Shown here: positions 7,408-15,854 of the stretch, in pieces | Layout of the letters: each line of letters starts with the position of its first letter | How positions within the stretch are numbered: position 1 is the first letter of the stretch | Assembly (NCBI GenBank): GCA_016235455.1 | Contig: JACRKZ010000088.1 | Coordinates: 1-19,038 of the forward strand | Source of the DNA: Armatimonadota bacterium | Lineage (GTDB): Bacteria; Armatimonadota; UBA10988 | Length of the DNA: 19,038 bases | Reading direction: 5' to 3' | Made by a program: the position numbers and the translations under genes | Notes under the pieces: generated by a model | What the model was told of the DNA's origin: nothing | Database searches by the model: none | The model's input: the letters and a program-made list of their open reading frames with translations, nothing else

Positions 7408-9493
7408 ATCCATTTGGGGTCTGGCGCCGCCAGACCGACAGTCTCCGTTCGCCACCCGCGGTGAGGGTCACGGGCAAGCCGTCCACCAGTTCGCTCCCGG
7501 TCCTTGTCCCACCCGAGCCGTCCCACCAGTCGAGTTGATAGCGCGCGTCGCGCTGGGCGGTGAACCACTCGGGGAACTGGTTGATGCGCGGGTAGTCGAC
7601 GGGCAGGTGCAGGTTCTCGCTGTGGCGCGGCCGGTCGAACAGCAGCCGGCCCGACCACGGCGCATCGGCGCTCAGGCTGACCCGCAGCGTGTCGCCGTCG
7701 AGCACCGCGCCGACGCGCACATCGTCCCGCCAGGGCTCAAGGTGCAGCCCCTGGGTGCGCCACAGCGTGACCATGATAGTGGTGCGCGCGAAGTTGCCGT
7801 CGCCATGCCAGCGCTCAATGGTGCCGTCGGGCTGCTGCGCGTTCCACATCTCGCGCGTCTGGTGGTCGAGGTAGGCCGGCACGTTGGGCAGTCGCTCGCG
7901 GTTGTAGAGGTTGAGCGCGCCCTCGACGCTATCGGCGATGCCATCCTGTGACGTGTCGGCCCACGGCCGGCCGTGGTACCTGGGGCCCAAGTTGCTTAGC
8001 ACATGCCGCACCGCCGCGCGGTACTCGGGCACCCCGTCGACCAGGCCCGCGGTGAGCAGCCCGTCGTAGTTGTATCCCCAGGTGTCGCACAGGCTGGCGG
8101 CGTGGGTGCCCGCGCGCGGGTCGATGCTGGTCCACAGCAGACCGTCGGGGTTGCGACCAACCGCCAACATGCACCGGTAGAGCTCGTGCAGCGGCGCGCG
8201 CCACTGCTCGCGCTTGGCTGGCCGGGCATAGGCACAGGCCAGATACAGTTCCGACAGCCCGTTGATCACCTCGCAGTCGTGGTCGGCGAATCGCAACTGC
8301 GCCAGATCGCGGCTGGGATGGTGATCACCCAGCAGGTAGTAGTCGCCCAGCCGGATGCCCCAATCCAGGAACTTGCCCTGCCCGGTGAACCAGTAGAGAC
8401 GGGCGCAGGACTGCATCAGGTCGCCGTTGACCTCGAGGGTCTGGGTGGGGATGGTGCCAAAGCGCGTGGCCACGGCCGCGTTCTTCCAGATGTCCTCAAC
8501 CAACTCGACCATGCGGTCCGACCACGGGCTGGGCCCGAGCCATTCGGTCAGCGGGATGAGCCCGTCCTTCACGTACTCGGCATTGTCGAAGACCATGCGC
8601 TCGGGATCGGGCTGGGGATACCAGAACGATTGCGTCGAGAAGCGCCACTGGTCGCCCAGCCGGTCCAGCCGGCGCGTGAGCGCGCGCTCCGTGGCCAGGA
8701 TGGCGCGCATCCGCCCATCGAGCAGCGCGCGGTCGGTCAGCGCGCAGGTGAGCACCATGAACGGGTAGTTGTCCGCGGCGGAGTCGCGCCCGTTCCACAG
8801 ATCGCGGCTGTCGCCCAGGTTGCGCGGGATGAGCCCGCTGACCGGGTCGGCCTGCGCCAGCCAGCCATCGACGTACCGACGGCAACGGTACAGCCCTTCG
8901 CTGGCCAGGCGACTGTGGCGCTCGGCGGCGCGGAAGGCCGATTCGGCGCCGCCGGGCTGGCCCTCGGGGTAGACCGGCACGCGGTCCCATCGCGGCCGCA
9001 TGGCAGGGAAGGCGTCGGGCCGCGGCGGCACGACTGCCGCGGCGGTGGTCACCGACGCCAGATGGCGCGGCGCGGCGAGGTCGCCGTCGGCGCTGCTGTC
9101 GCTGAGGAAGCGCACTTCGGCGATGAAGGCTGGCTTGCCCTCGGTCGGCGCGGACAAGGTGCAGAGCAGCGGGGCGGTCGTGGGGCCGATGGGCATGATG
9201 ACCCATTCGTAACCATCGTAGCCGCCGTGGCGTACGACCTGCTGGTCCCGGCCGATGGCCAGCCGCGCGGCGCGGTCATCCTGCTTGGCGCCCCACAACA
9301 GCGCGACCGCGACGATGCGCTCGGGCGCGTCGCAGTGCACCTGCAGCGTCACCTCGCCCAGCCACCAGTAGTTGCGCTCGGCGTAGACCTGTGCCGACTG
9401 CTGACAGCGGACCCAGGCCGTCGCGCTGCCGACACCGGGCAGGGCGGCACCGATCGTGGACGTGACGAGCAGCAGCAGGCACCAGCGTGGCAT
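7406..9493 (-). CDS. Secreted hypothetical protein, probable (alpha/alpha)6 six-hairpin glycosidase-like domain with N-terminal beta-rich module
   Basis: Signal peptide MPRWCLLLLVTSTIGA; helical aromatic/acidic core (WNGRDSAADNYPFMVLT, EYVKDGL, EVNGD, DHDCE, DTWGYNY, DGIADSVEG, WHGDGNFART); C-terminal beta segment. Fold assignment is inference. Confidence 0.65.
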   Translation of the reverse strand: MPRWCLLLLVTSTIGAALPGVGSATAWVRCQQSAQVYAERNYWWLGEVTLQVHCDAPERIVAVALLWGAKQDDRAARLAIGRDQQVVRHGGYDGYEWVIMPIGPTTAPLLCTLSAPTEGKPAFIAEVRFLSDSSADGDLAAPRHLASVTTAAAVVPPRPDAFPAMRPRWDRVPVYPEGQPGGAESAFRAAERHSRLASEGLYRCRRYVDGWLAQADPVSGLIPRNLGDSRDLWNGRDSAADNYPFMVLTCALTDRALLDGRMRAILATERALTRRLDRLGDQWRFSTQSFWYPQPDPERMVFDNAEYVKDGLIPLTEWLGPSPWSDRMVELVEDIWKNAAVATRFGTIPTQTLEVNGDLMQSCARLYWFTGQGKFLDWGIRLGDYYLLGDHHPSRDLAQLRFADHDCEVINGLSELYLACAYARPAKREQWRAPLHELYRCMLAVGRNPDGLLWTSIDPRAGTHAASLCDTWGYNYDGLLTAGLVDGVPEYRAAVRHVLSNLGPRYHGRPWADTSQDGIADSVEGALNLYNRERLPNVPAYLDHQTREMWNAQQPDGTIERWHGDGNFARTTIMVTLWRTQGLHLEPWRDDVRVGAVLDGDTLRVSLSADAPWSGRLLFDRPRHSENLHLPVDYPRINQFPEWFTAQRDARYQLDWWDGSGGTRTGSELVDGLPVTLTAGGERRLSVWRRQTPNG

Positions 9494-9569
9494 GGTCAGC
9501 CCCTCGTAGCGCGCAGCGGACGTGACCGCCCGCGCTGGCAGGTTCGGCAGGGCGCTGACCGGCTCCTCC
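9494..9569 (-). promoter_or_regulatory. 5'-UTR stem-loop abutting the start codon and sequestering the proximal SD; second SD upstream of the stem
   Basis: Minus strand reads GGAGGAG-CC-[GGTCAGCgCCCT...AGCGCG-GGCGG-loop-CCGCT-g-CGCGCT...AGGGGCTGACC]-ATG. Confidence 0.45.
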
Positions 9570-9633
9570 GTAGCCAGATGTGACTATTGGCAGAGAGCGT
9601 TGTCTCAATGGGTGGGACGAGTTGGAGTACGGG

Positions 9634-10566
9634 GTGCAGGCGCGTGCGCCGAAAGCATGGAGCCAGGCTGCCGGCCGACCGGACGCGGTGACCGCGCCGG
9701 TAGCCGACGGCTCCGCGCTGCCCGCCGCGGCGGGCGCCGTGGTGGCGCTGGCCAGCACGCTCCTGCCGCTGCTCAAACCGGGCACCGACGGCCGACTGCC
9801 GCGCGCCGTGGCGCTGGCCCTGCTGCGCCGGGCGTTGGGTGTGAGTGCGCTGCCGCCCGAGGCGGAACTGGCGCTGACCCAAGCCGAGCCCGAGGCCATG
9901 CCCGCTGCCGGCGCGTTCCATGCCGCCAGCGTGCGCGCGGCGCTGCTCTCGCACTGGAGCGAGGTGCGCCGCTGGAACCTGCCCGCGGCCGACGCCGAGG
10001 CCTTCGTGGCCCTGGCCAACGAGCACCTGCGTCTGCTCGACCCCAGCGATTACGGCGGCAACGCCATGGTCTGCGATGCCGTGCGCCAGCGCATCGACCA
10101 GGCCCTGCGCATGGCGGTGCGTGGTCTGGACCGCGAGCAACTGCGGCTGCTGCCGGCTCTGTTCGAGGCGCTGGGCCTGCCCGGCGGCTTGCACGACGGC
10201 CGCCTGGCGAGCGAACTGGCCGGCCAGGTGACCGCGCCGGCCAACATCACCGCCGTGCTGGAAGCCATGACCGCGGCCGGCGAATGCGTGCGCCACCTCC
10301 GCGCCGATGGCCGACCGGTGTATCTCGACCCCGACCTGGTGGGCGAACTGGCCGAGACCCGCCAACGCGAACTCGCGCTGGAGCAGCGCCTGGGCCGGAC
10401 ACTCGTGGCGCGCGGCGCTGCCGACTCAGCCCCCGAACCCGATGTGCAGGCCCAAGTCGACAGCTTCCGCCGGCGCCTGAAAACGCTCGAAGGGCTGGCC
10501 GCTCAGGGCATCATCACCGCCGACGAGTTCGGCGAACGGCGCGCGGAGATCCTGCGCGAGATCTGA
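9634..10566 (+). CDS. Hypothetical helical protein with C-terminal SHOCT domain
   Basis: C-terminus RRLKTLEGLAAQGIITADEFGERRAEILREI matches SHOCT. GTG 9634 is preceded by GGAG (9624-9627); alternative start GTG 9580. Confidence 0.75.
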   Translation: MQARAPKAWSQAAGRPDAVTAPVADGSALPAAAGAVVALASTLLPLLKPGTDGRLPRAVALALLRRALGVSALPPEAELALTQAEPEAMPAAGAFHAASVRAALLSHWSEVRRWNLPAADAEAFVALANEHLRLLDPSDYGGNAMVCDAVRQRIDQALRMAVRGLDREQLRLLPALFEALGLPGGLHDGRLASELAGQVTAPANITAVLEAMTAAGECVRHLRADGRPVYLDPDLVGELAETRQRELALEQRLGRTLVARGAADSAPEPDVQAQVDSFRRRLKTLEGLAAQGIITADEFGERRAEILREI

Positions 10567-10613
10567 GCGCGTCGGCATCGGACCGCACGCCGCGCCGCCC
10601 GGCCGGCGCCATC

Positions 10614-10642
10614 TTGCCTCGGCCACCTGCTTGGCGCACAAT
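10614..10642 (+). promoter_or_regulatory. Sigma70-type promoter TTGCCT-N17-CACAAT
   Basis: Correct 17-nt spacing; followed by SD GAGGGA and ATG 10663. Confidence 0.5.
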
Positions 10643-10662
10643 ACGAGCGTGAGGGACACACC

Positions 10663-11814
10663 ATGCGACGATTAGCGTTTCTGGCCGTTCTGGTCGCTTC
10701 GATGGCCGTGGCCGCCGAGGATCAGGCCTTCTTCGCCATTGAGGCCGAGACTTCGAGCACCAAGATGCTCGGCATGCCCGAGATCAAGTTGCCGCCCGGG
10801 TTCCAGCTGCCCGCCGGCATGCAGATGCCGCCCGGCGTCATGGCCATGATGAGTGGTGCGCCGACGCGCAAGCTCAACATCCGGCTGTGGTCGCCGAGCA
10901 TCGCGCCGGCCGGCGCCACCGCCTCGGTCGTGCCACCGCCCGGGCTCAAGCAGGGCGACCGCCTCAACCTGGAGCTGTACCGGCCCCGGCCCGAGCAGAC
11001 CGGCCCCGAAACGCCCGGAGTCCCCGCCGCAGGCACGCCCGGCCAGATGCCCGACATGACCATCAAGCTGTACTGGGGCTCGTCCAAGACGGTCAAGCCC
11101 GGTCAGCCCAAAGTCATCAAGATCGGCGACCTGACACCCGACCAGCGCGCCCAGGCGGCCGCGGCCCAGCGCCGCTCCGGCGCTGGTGGCGACTACTTCT
11201 ACAAGCCGGGCTGGACCACCGCCTACTGGCCGACCAAGGATCAGGCGGGCGCCATCGACCCGGCCGCCGCGCTGCCGGGCAGCTTCGCGCTGAGCAGCAG
11301 CTACACCGGCAACGTCACGCTGCCGGTGCCCGACGACGTCAACTTCCTCGACCCCTTCGACCTGACCAGCCCCAAGCTCAGCGCCAAGCCCGACCTGACC
11401 AAGTTCCTCGACTTCCAGTGGAAGCCCATCCCCAGTCTGCTGGGGGCGAACGCCATGATGATGGGCTTCGAGGGCAAGAACACGATGATCATCTGGTCGT
11501 CGTCGGAGGTGGAGGACTACCCCCACATGGGTGGCTACCTGCAAATGGCCGAGGTGCGCCAGATGGTCGCCGACCGCAAGTTCATGGGGCCTGACCAGAC
11601 GCAGGTCTACGTACCCGAGGGCATCTTCGCCAAGGCCACCATGCCGATGCTGATGATGAACGGCTGGGGCAAGGGCACGGCCATCGACGCCGCGCAGCCG
11701 CTGCCGCGCCTGCAGACCAAGGTCAGCCTGATGCTCACCATGGGCATGCCCGGCGGCCGCGGCATGCCCGCCATGCCGCCTGGCGCCGACGGTGGCGATG
11801 GTGGCGACAACTAG
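10663..11814 (+). CDS. Secreted Met/Pro/Gly-rich hypothetical protein
   Basis: Signal peptide MRRLAFLAVLVASMAVA; strong GC3 codon bias; SD present; beta-rich core (IKLYWGSS, FQWKPIP, IIWSSSE, VPEGIF). Confidence 0.8.
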   Translation: MRRLAFLAVLVASMAVAAEDQAFFAIEAETSSTKMLGMPEIKLPPGFQLPAGMQMPPGVMAMMSGAPTRKLNIRLWSPSIAPAGATASVVPPPGLKQGDRLNLELYRPRPEQTGPETPGVPAAGTPGQMPDMTIKLYWGSSKTVKPGQPKVIKIGDLTPDQRAQAAAAQRRSGAGGDYFYKPGWTTAYWPTKDQAGAIDPAAALPGSFALSSSYTGNVTLPVPDDVNFLDPFDLTSPKLSAKPDLTKFLDFQWKPIPSLLGANAMMMGFEGKNTMIIWSSSEVEDYPHMGGYLQMAEVRQMVADRKFMGPDQTQVYVPEGIFAKATMPMLMMNGWGKGTAIDAAQPLPRLQTKVSLMLTMGMPGGRGMPAMPPGADGGDGGDN

Positions 11815-11817
11815 ATA

Positions 11818-11841
11818 GCCGCGCCTGCCCGGCAGGCTGGC
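11818..11841. terminator. Small GC hairpin between convergent genes
   Basis: GCCTGC-ccg-GCAGGC (11823-11837) with outer GCC/GGC; no U-tract. Confidence 0.3.
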
Positions 11842-11850
11842 ACCGTTCGT

Positions 11851-12843
11851 TCACTCGCGACCCCGCGGACCATCATCGGCCGCGGGGTCGCTGTCGGTTG
11901 GGCTGAGGCCGCGCCGCGGCTCGGGCAGCTCCGCGGTGTACTGGCTCAAGGCGCGGTCGTCGACTTTGGCCTGGGCCTGCGTGCTGGCCAGGGCGGCGGG
12001 ATCGAGTTCGGCTAAGGCCCAAGCGGCGCAGCGGCGCGCGGCGGGCGAGGTCGAGTGACGCATCAGTTCCACCAGGGGTCGCACCGCCGGCCGACCCACC
12101 TGGACCAGCAGTGCTACGGCGCGCCCGGCGCGGGCATTGTCGCGGCTGTCGAGCTCGGCGATGAGCGCGGGCACCATGGCCGCGCGCGTCGGCTCGGGCG
12201 TCTCCTCGCGCAGCCAGTCGATGCTCTGCTCGCGATTGGCCAGCAGGTAGCCAACTGCCTCGGCCGCCTGGGCGCCATCGCCCCAGTGCAGGTAGGCGCG
12301 CACCGCCCATTCACGCACGAGGCGCGGCTCCTCGCGGCTGGACCACAGGCGGTAGAGCAACTCGCGGTCGTCGGCGCCCATGTCGGGCTCCAGCAAGTGC
12401 AGCCCGGCCAGCTTGCCATGCTGGCGCTGCTCGGAGAAGGCGCGGTAGCCCACGCCGCGCGGCTGCGGCGCAGCCAGCATGGCGCGCAGCGCCGGATAGG
12501 CCGGAGCTCCACAGCGCCGTATCACCTGCTGCGCGAGGCACAGGATATCGTCGCGCGCGGCCTCGTCGAGGAAGCTGCCGCCGCGCGTGGGCGCGGGCCA
12601 CAGCGCGGCGCACAGGTACCGCGGCGTGTCCTGATGCCCCAACTGCCGCCGGCCCTCGGGCCGCGAGGTCAGCCGAAACAGCACCTGCATGGCCCGCTGC
12701 CGGCCGCCCGTGGTAGGCAGTGTCGCCGCTGCCTGGGCCAGGCGCGCCACGCGCTCGGGCGTCGCCGTGAGCAGGGCAGCCGTCCACGTCAGCACCCAGC
12801 GGCCGGTGCAGAGACGGTCCCAGAGCTGCTCGGGGTCGGGCAT
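11851..12843 (-). CDS. HEAT-like repeat protein, array paralogue P1 (last in transcription order)
   Basis: MPDPEQLWDRLCTGRW...ATPERVARL; HGKLAGL; EPRLVR; AAMVPALIAEL...VGRPAVRPLVELM...RRCAAWALAEL; tail RALS-x10-RGLS. Start ATG 12843 chosen by alignment to the paralogues. Confidence 0.8.
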   Translation of the reverse strand: MPDPEQLWDRLCTGRWVLTWTAALLTATPERVARLAQAAATLPTTGGRQRAMQVLFRLTSRPEGRRQLGHQDTPRYLCAALWPAPTRGGSFLDEAARDDILCLAQQVIRRCGAPAYPALRAMLAAPQPRGVGYRAFSEQRQHGKLAGLHLLEPDMGADDRELLYRLWSSREEPRLVREWAVRAYLHWGDGAQAAEAVGYLLANREQSIDWLREETPEPTRAAMVPALIAELDSRDNARAGRAVALLVQVGRPAVRPLVELMRHSTSPAARRCAAWALAELDPAALASTQAQAKVDDRALSQYTAELPEPRRGLSPTDSDPAADDGPRGRE

Positions 12844-12855
12844 GGTCGGCACTCG

Positions 12856-13833
12856 TCAGGGGTCGTTCGCCGTCGGGGCACTGGGTTCCTCGCTGGGGCT
12901 CAGACCGCGGGTCGGGTCCGTGCTGGGCGGCGCGGCCGGGCTCAGCGCGCGGCCGTCGGTGCGGCGCTCGGCACGCGCCGCGCGGAGCGCGTCTCGGTCG
13001 AGCCGCGCCAGCACCTCCTGGGCCACCTGTCGGACCGCGTGATCATCGCCGCTCCGCACCGCGTCGGCGAGCGACTCGACCGCCAGGTCGCCCAACGCGG
13101 CCAGCAGGACCAGAGCGCGGTGGCGGGTGGTGTGGTCCGCCGCGCGCAAGCCCTCGGCCAGCGGTGGCACCATGGCCTGACGTGCTTCAGCCGGCGCCTC
13201 ACCCAACGGCCACATGGGGCGTGGCAACGGCGCGCGCAGCAGCGCCTCAGCCACGGCGGCCGCATGCTCCGCGGCGGTCAGCGCCAGGAGTGGCCGGATG
13301 GCCGCGAACCGGACCTCGTGGGGCTCGTGGGGGTCGACGGCGACGGCCAGCAGCATGGCGCCGTCGTTTGGCGACAGGTGGGGCGCCAGCAGTTCCAAGG
13401 CGGCCAGCTTGCCCCCGGCGCTGGCCCAGCCTTCGAGCGCCACCACGGGCAGAGGCGGCCCGGACACCACCTCGCGCAGCAGGCGCAGGTGCCGGTCTCC
13501 CGCGTTCGCGAGCAGCAGCATGGCCGTCTGGGCCACGGCCGCCGAGACATCGTTGCCGATCAACTCGGCCATCGCCGTGTAGTCAAAGCAGGGCGCCGTC
13601 GCCCCGATGAGCACCCGCAGCGTCGGGTCATCCAGGTCACCGGCCGCGCCGGTCAGCCAGCGCAGCCCGAGGGCGATCCTCAGCCGCCGGCGCACGCCGC
13701 CAGGCTCGAGCATGGCGCGCACCAGCCGGGCCATGCGCTGTGGATCGGCGGTCCGTTGCAGCGTCGCCCGCCGCCACGGCCAGAGGTAGCCGCCGGCGCA
13801 AACGTGGTCCCACAGCCGGTCGGCATCGGCCAT
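12856..13833 (-). CDS. HEAT-like repeat protein, array paralogue P2
   Basis: Likely start ATG 13833 (SD GAGGAG; TGATG overlap with the P3 stop): MADADRLWDHVCAGGYLWPW; GPP...GGKLAALELL; EPHEVR; tail RALS-x10-RGLS. Confidence 0.8.
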   Translation of the reverse strand: MADADRLWDHVCAGGYLWPWRRATLQRTADPQRMARLVRAMLEPGGVRRRLRIALGLRWLTGAAGDLDDPTLRVLIGATAPCFDYTAMAELIGNDVSAAVAQTAMLLLANAGDRHLRLLREVVSGPPLPVVALEGWASAGGKLAALELLAPHLSPNDGAMLLAVAVDPHEPHEVRFAAIRPLLALTAAEHAAAVAEALLRAPLPRPMWPLGEAPAEARQAMVPPLAEGLRAADHTTRHRALVLLAALGDLAVESLADAVRSGDDHAVRQVAQEVLARLDRDALRAARAERRTDGRALSPAAPPSTDPTRGLSPSEEPSAPTANDP

Positions 13834-14741
13834 CACAACTCCTCGCTGGGGCTCAAGCCGCGAGTCGGGTCCGCGGTCGGGGCCTCGGCCGGACTCAGCG
13901 CGCGGTCCAGCGCGTCCACCAACTCCGCCACCTGCGCGTAGTCGACCGGCGAAATGCGGCGCAGCGCCTGCCCGGCGCGCCGGCGCACGCTGCGCGGCGC
14001 GGAGCCGCGCATCACCTCGACCAACGCCGGCACGGCCACCAGGCCCAGGCGAGAGAGCACGTCCGCCGCGGCCGCCGACACGCCGGGCACCAGGCCGCAC
14101 AGCGCCGCGATCAGCGCCGGCACCATGGCCGCCCGCACCTCTGTCCGCAGCAGATGGCCGGGCGCCTCAAGGAGTTTGGACCCATAGGTGACCATGGCCC
14201 GCGCCACGTCAGGCGCATGGCCCACGCCGTCCAGCCACAGCAGACGCTCGCCGATGGCATCGCGCACGCGGTCGGGCTCGCGGCCGTCGTCCAGCAGGCG
14301 CAGGAGCAGCGGGGCGTCAGCCGGGCCGAGTTGGTCGCGTAGCACATTGAGGGCGGTCAGCTTGGCCCCGAGGAACCGCGGTGGGCCGCTCGTCGGCGAC
14401 TCGACGACCAACTGCGCTGGTCCCACCAACACCTGGTACAGCAGGTCGCAGCAGGCCGGTGCGGCGCGCGTCACCAACTGGTCGGCCGCGGCGCAGACGC
14501 TGGTAACATGCCATAGGTCTACGCTCGACCACGACGAAGCCGTCGACCAGTTCGGCCGCAACGCCTGCACCAACGACTCCAGCACCTCCGGCGAGGTCAG
14601 CCAGGGCGCTTCCTCCTCGGCCCGCGCCAGGTCAAGCAGCACGCGCGCCGCTCTGACTCGTTCGCCGAAAGACGGGCTCGCGGCCATGGCGTGTGCGAGG
14701 CTCGCAGCCCGCGATCTGCCATCCTGCCGTTGCTCGCTCAT
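13833..14741 (-). CDS. HEAT-like repeat protein, array paralogue P3 (lacks the N-terminal Trp motif)
   Basis: GAKLTALNVL; EPDRVR; AAMVPALIAAL...LGLVAVPALVEVM; tail RALS-x10-RGLS; purine-rich SD GGGGAAGG. Confidence 0.8.
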   Translation of the reverse strand: MSEQRQDGRSRAASLAHAMAASPSFGERVRAARVLLDLARAEEEAPWLTSPEVLESLVQALRPNWSTASSWSSVDLWHVTSVCAAADQLVTRAAPACCDLLYQVLVGPAQLVVESPTSGPPRFLGAKLTALNVLRDQLGPADAPLLLRLLDDGREPDRVRDAIGERLLWLDGVGHAPDVARAMVTYGSKLLEAPGHLLRTEVRAAMVPALIAALCGLVPGVSAAAADVLSRLGLVAVPALVEVMRGSAPRSVRRRAGQALRRISPVDYAQVAELVDALDRALSPAEAPTADPTRGLSPSEEL

Positions 14742-14756
14742 GCCTTCCCCTGCTGT

Positions 14757-15812
14757 TCAGCCGCCAGGTTCCCCGCCGTCCGGGCGGCTCAGCCCGCGCC
14801 GCGCATCGGCCTCGCCCGGCGCGGCGGGGCTCAGCGAGCGGCCGTCGGCCTCACGCAAGGTCCGCGCCGTGTGCAGAGCGTCGAAGTCGATCTCGCGCAG
14901 CGTCGCCTCAGCCTGCTCGCGAGTCTGCCATACCGTGGCGTTGCGCACCAGCTCCGCCAGGGCTGGCACAGCCGCGCATCCGATGTCGACCAGCAACCGG
15001 TGGGCGCGGTCGCGCACCAGGAATGAGGTGCTGGCCAGCCCGGACACCAAACGGCCTGCCAGCTCGCCAGCCAGCGTCTCGTGGGCCGCCTTGAGCGGCA
15101 GGCTACGGTCGTCGACGGGCGCCTCCAGCAGCAGGGCTGCGATCTCGTCCACATGGGGCTGGCCGTTGAGCGCCAGAAGTCGGTATGCTGCATCCGCGCG
15201 CACCGACGCGGGCTGTCCCGTGTCGCGCATGAGCGCCAGCAGCACCGGCTCTGCCTCCGGCGCGTGGCGCAAGCGGTCCAGCGCCTTGGCCCGGACCGGC
15301 CAGGGCTCATCAGCCTTGCCGGCCAACGCCAGCAACAGCGCCTCGTCGGCGTCCGTCGGCGGCAACGTGTCCAATGCGAACAGCTTGGCGCCGACCATGA
15401 CGCGGCTCGCCATCACCGGAAGGCTGACCACCGCCAGCGGCGGGCCGGCCAGCAGCGCGCGCAGTTCTGGCGCCACGTCGCGCCAGCGATAGCGCAGCAG
15501 GTCCTGCGCCAGCAGGGCGGCCTTGGCGACGTACTCCATGCGCATCGCCTCGGCCGGGCCATCGAAGCGCGGCGTGAGCGCCGGCAGCAGCGCGCGGTGC
15601 ACCTCCGGGTCGTGGCTGGCCGCGGTCAGCCACAGGCCGCTCAGCAACTGCGCGGCACGCAGCCGGTACACGGGTTCGGGCAACTCGGCCGCGGCCCGGG
15701 CCAGACGGCTCAGCCGCTCGGGTGTGGCGCTGCTCTCCAGGCGCACGCGCTGCCACGGCCACAGCCACTCGCCGGCCGAGCCCCTGGCCCATAGCGCGTT
15801 GTCGTCAGCCAT
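14757..15812 (-). CDS. HEAT-like repeat protein, array paralogue P4 (one extra repeat)
   Basis: MADDNALWARGSAGEWLWPW...SATPERLSRL; GPP...GAKLFAL; two LLAL-x6-P-x2-VRA units; IGCAAVPALAELV; tail RSLS-x10-RGLS. Confidence 0.8.
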   Translation of the reverse strand: MADDNALWARGSAGEWLWPWQRVRLESSATPERLSRLARAAAELPEPVYRLRAAQLLSGLWLTAASHDPEVHRALLPALTPRFDGPAEAMRMEYVAKAALLAQDLLRYRWRDVAPELRALLAGPPLAVVSLPVMASRVMVGAKLFALDTLPPTDADEALLLALAGKADEPWPVRAKALDRLRHAPEAEPVLLALMRDTGQPASVRADAAYRLLALNGQPHVDEIAALLLEAPVDDRSLPLKAAHETLAGELAGRLVSGLASTSFLVRDRAHRLLVDIGCAAVPALAELVRNATVWQTREQAEATLREIDFDALHTARTLREADGRSLSPAAPGEADARRGLSRPDGGEPGG

Positions 15813-15854
15813 GCTGGTCACCTGCAAACACGGACATCCTGCCTAGCGACCGAC

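Noticed and set aside
13834-14100. N-terminal extension of the 414-aa ORF 12856-14100
   Set aside because: Overlaps P3 in another frame and is low-complexity Arg/Gly; paralogue alignment, SD and the TGATG overlap place the start at 13833.
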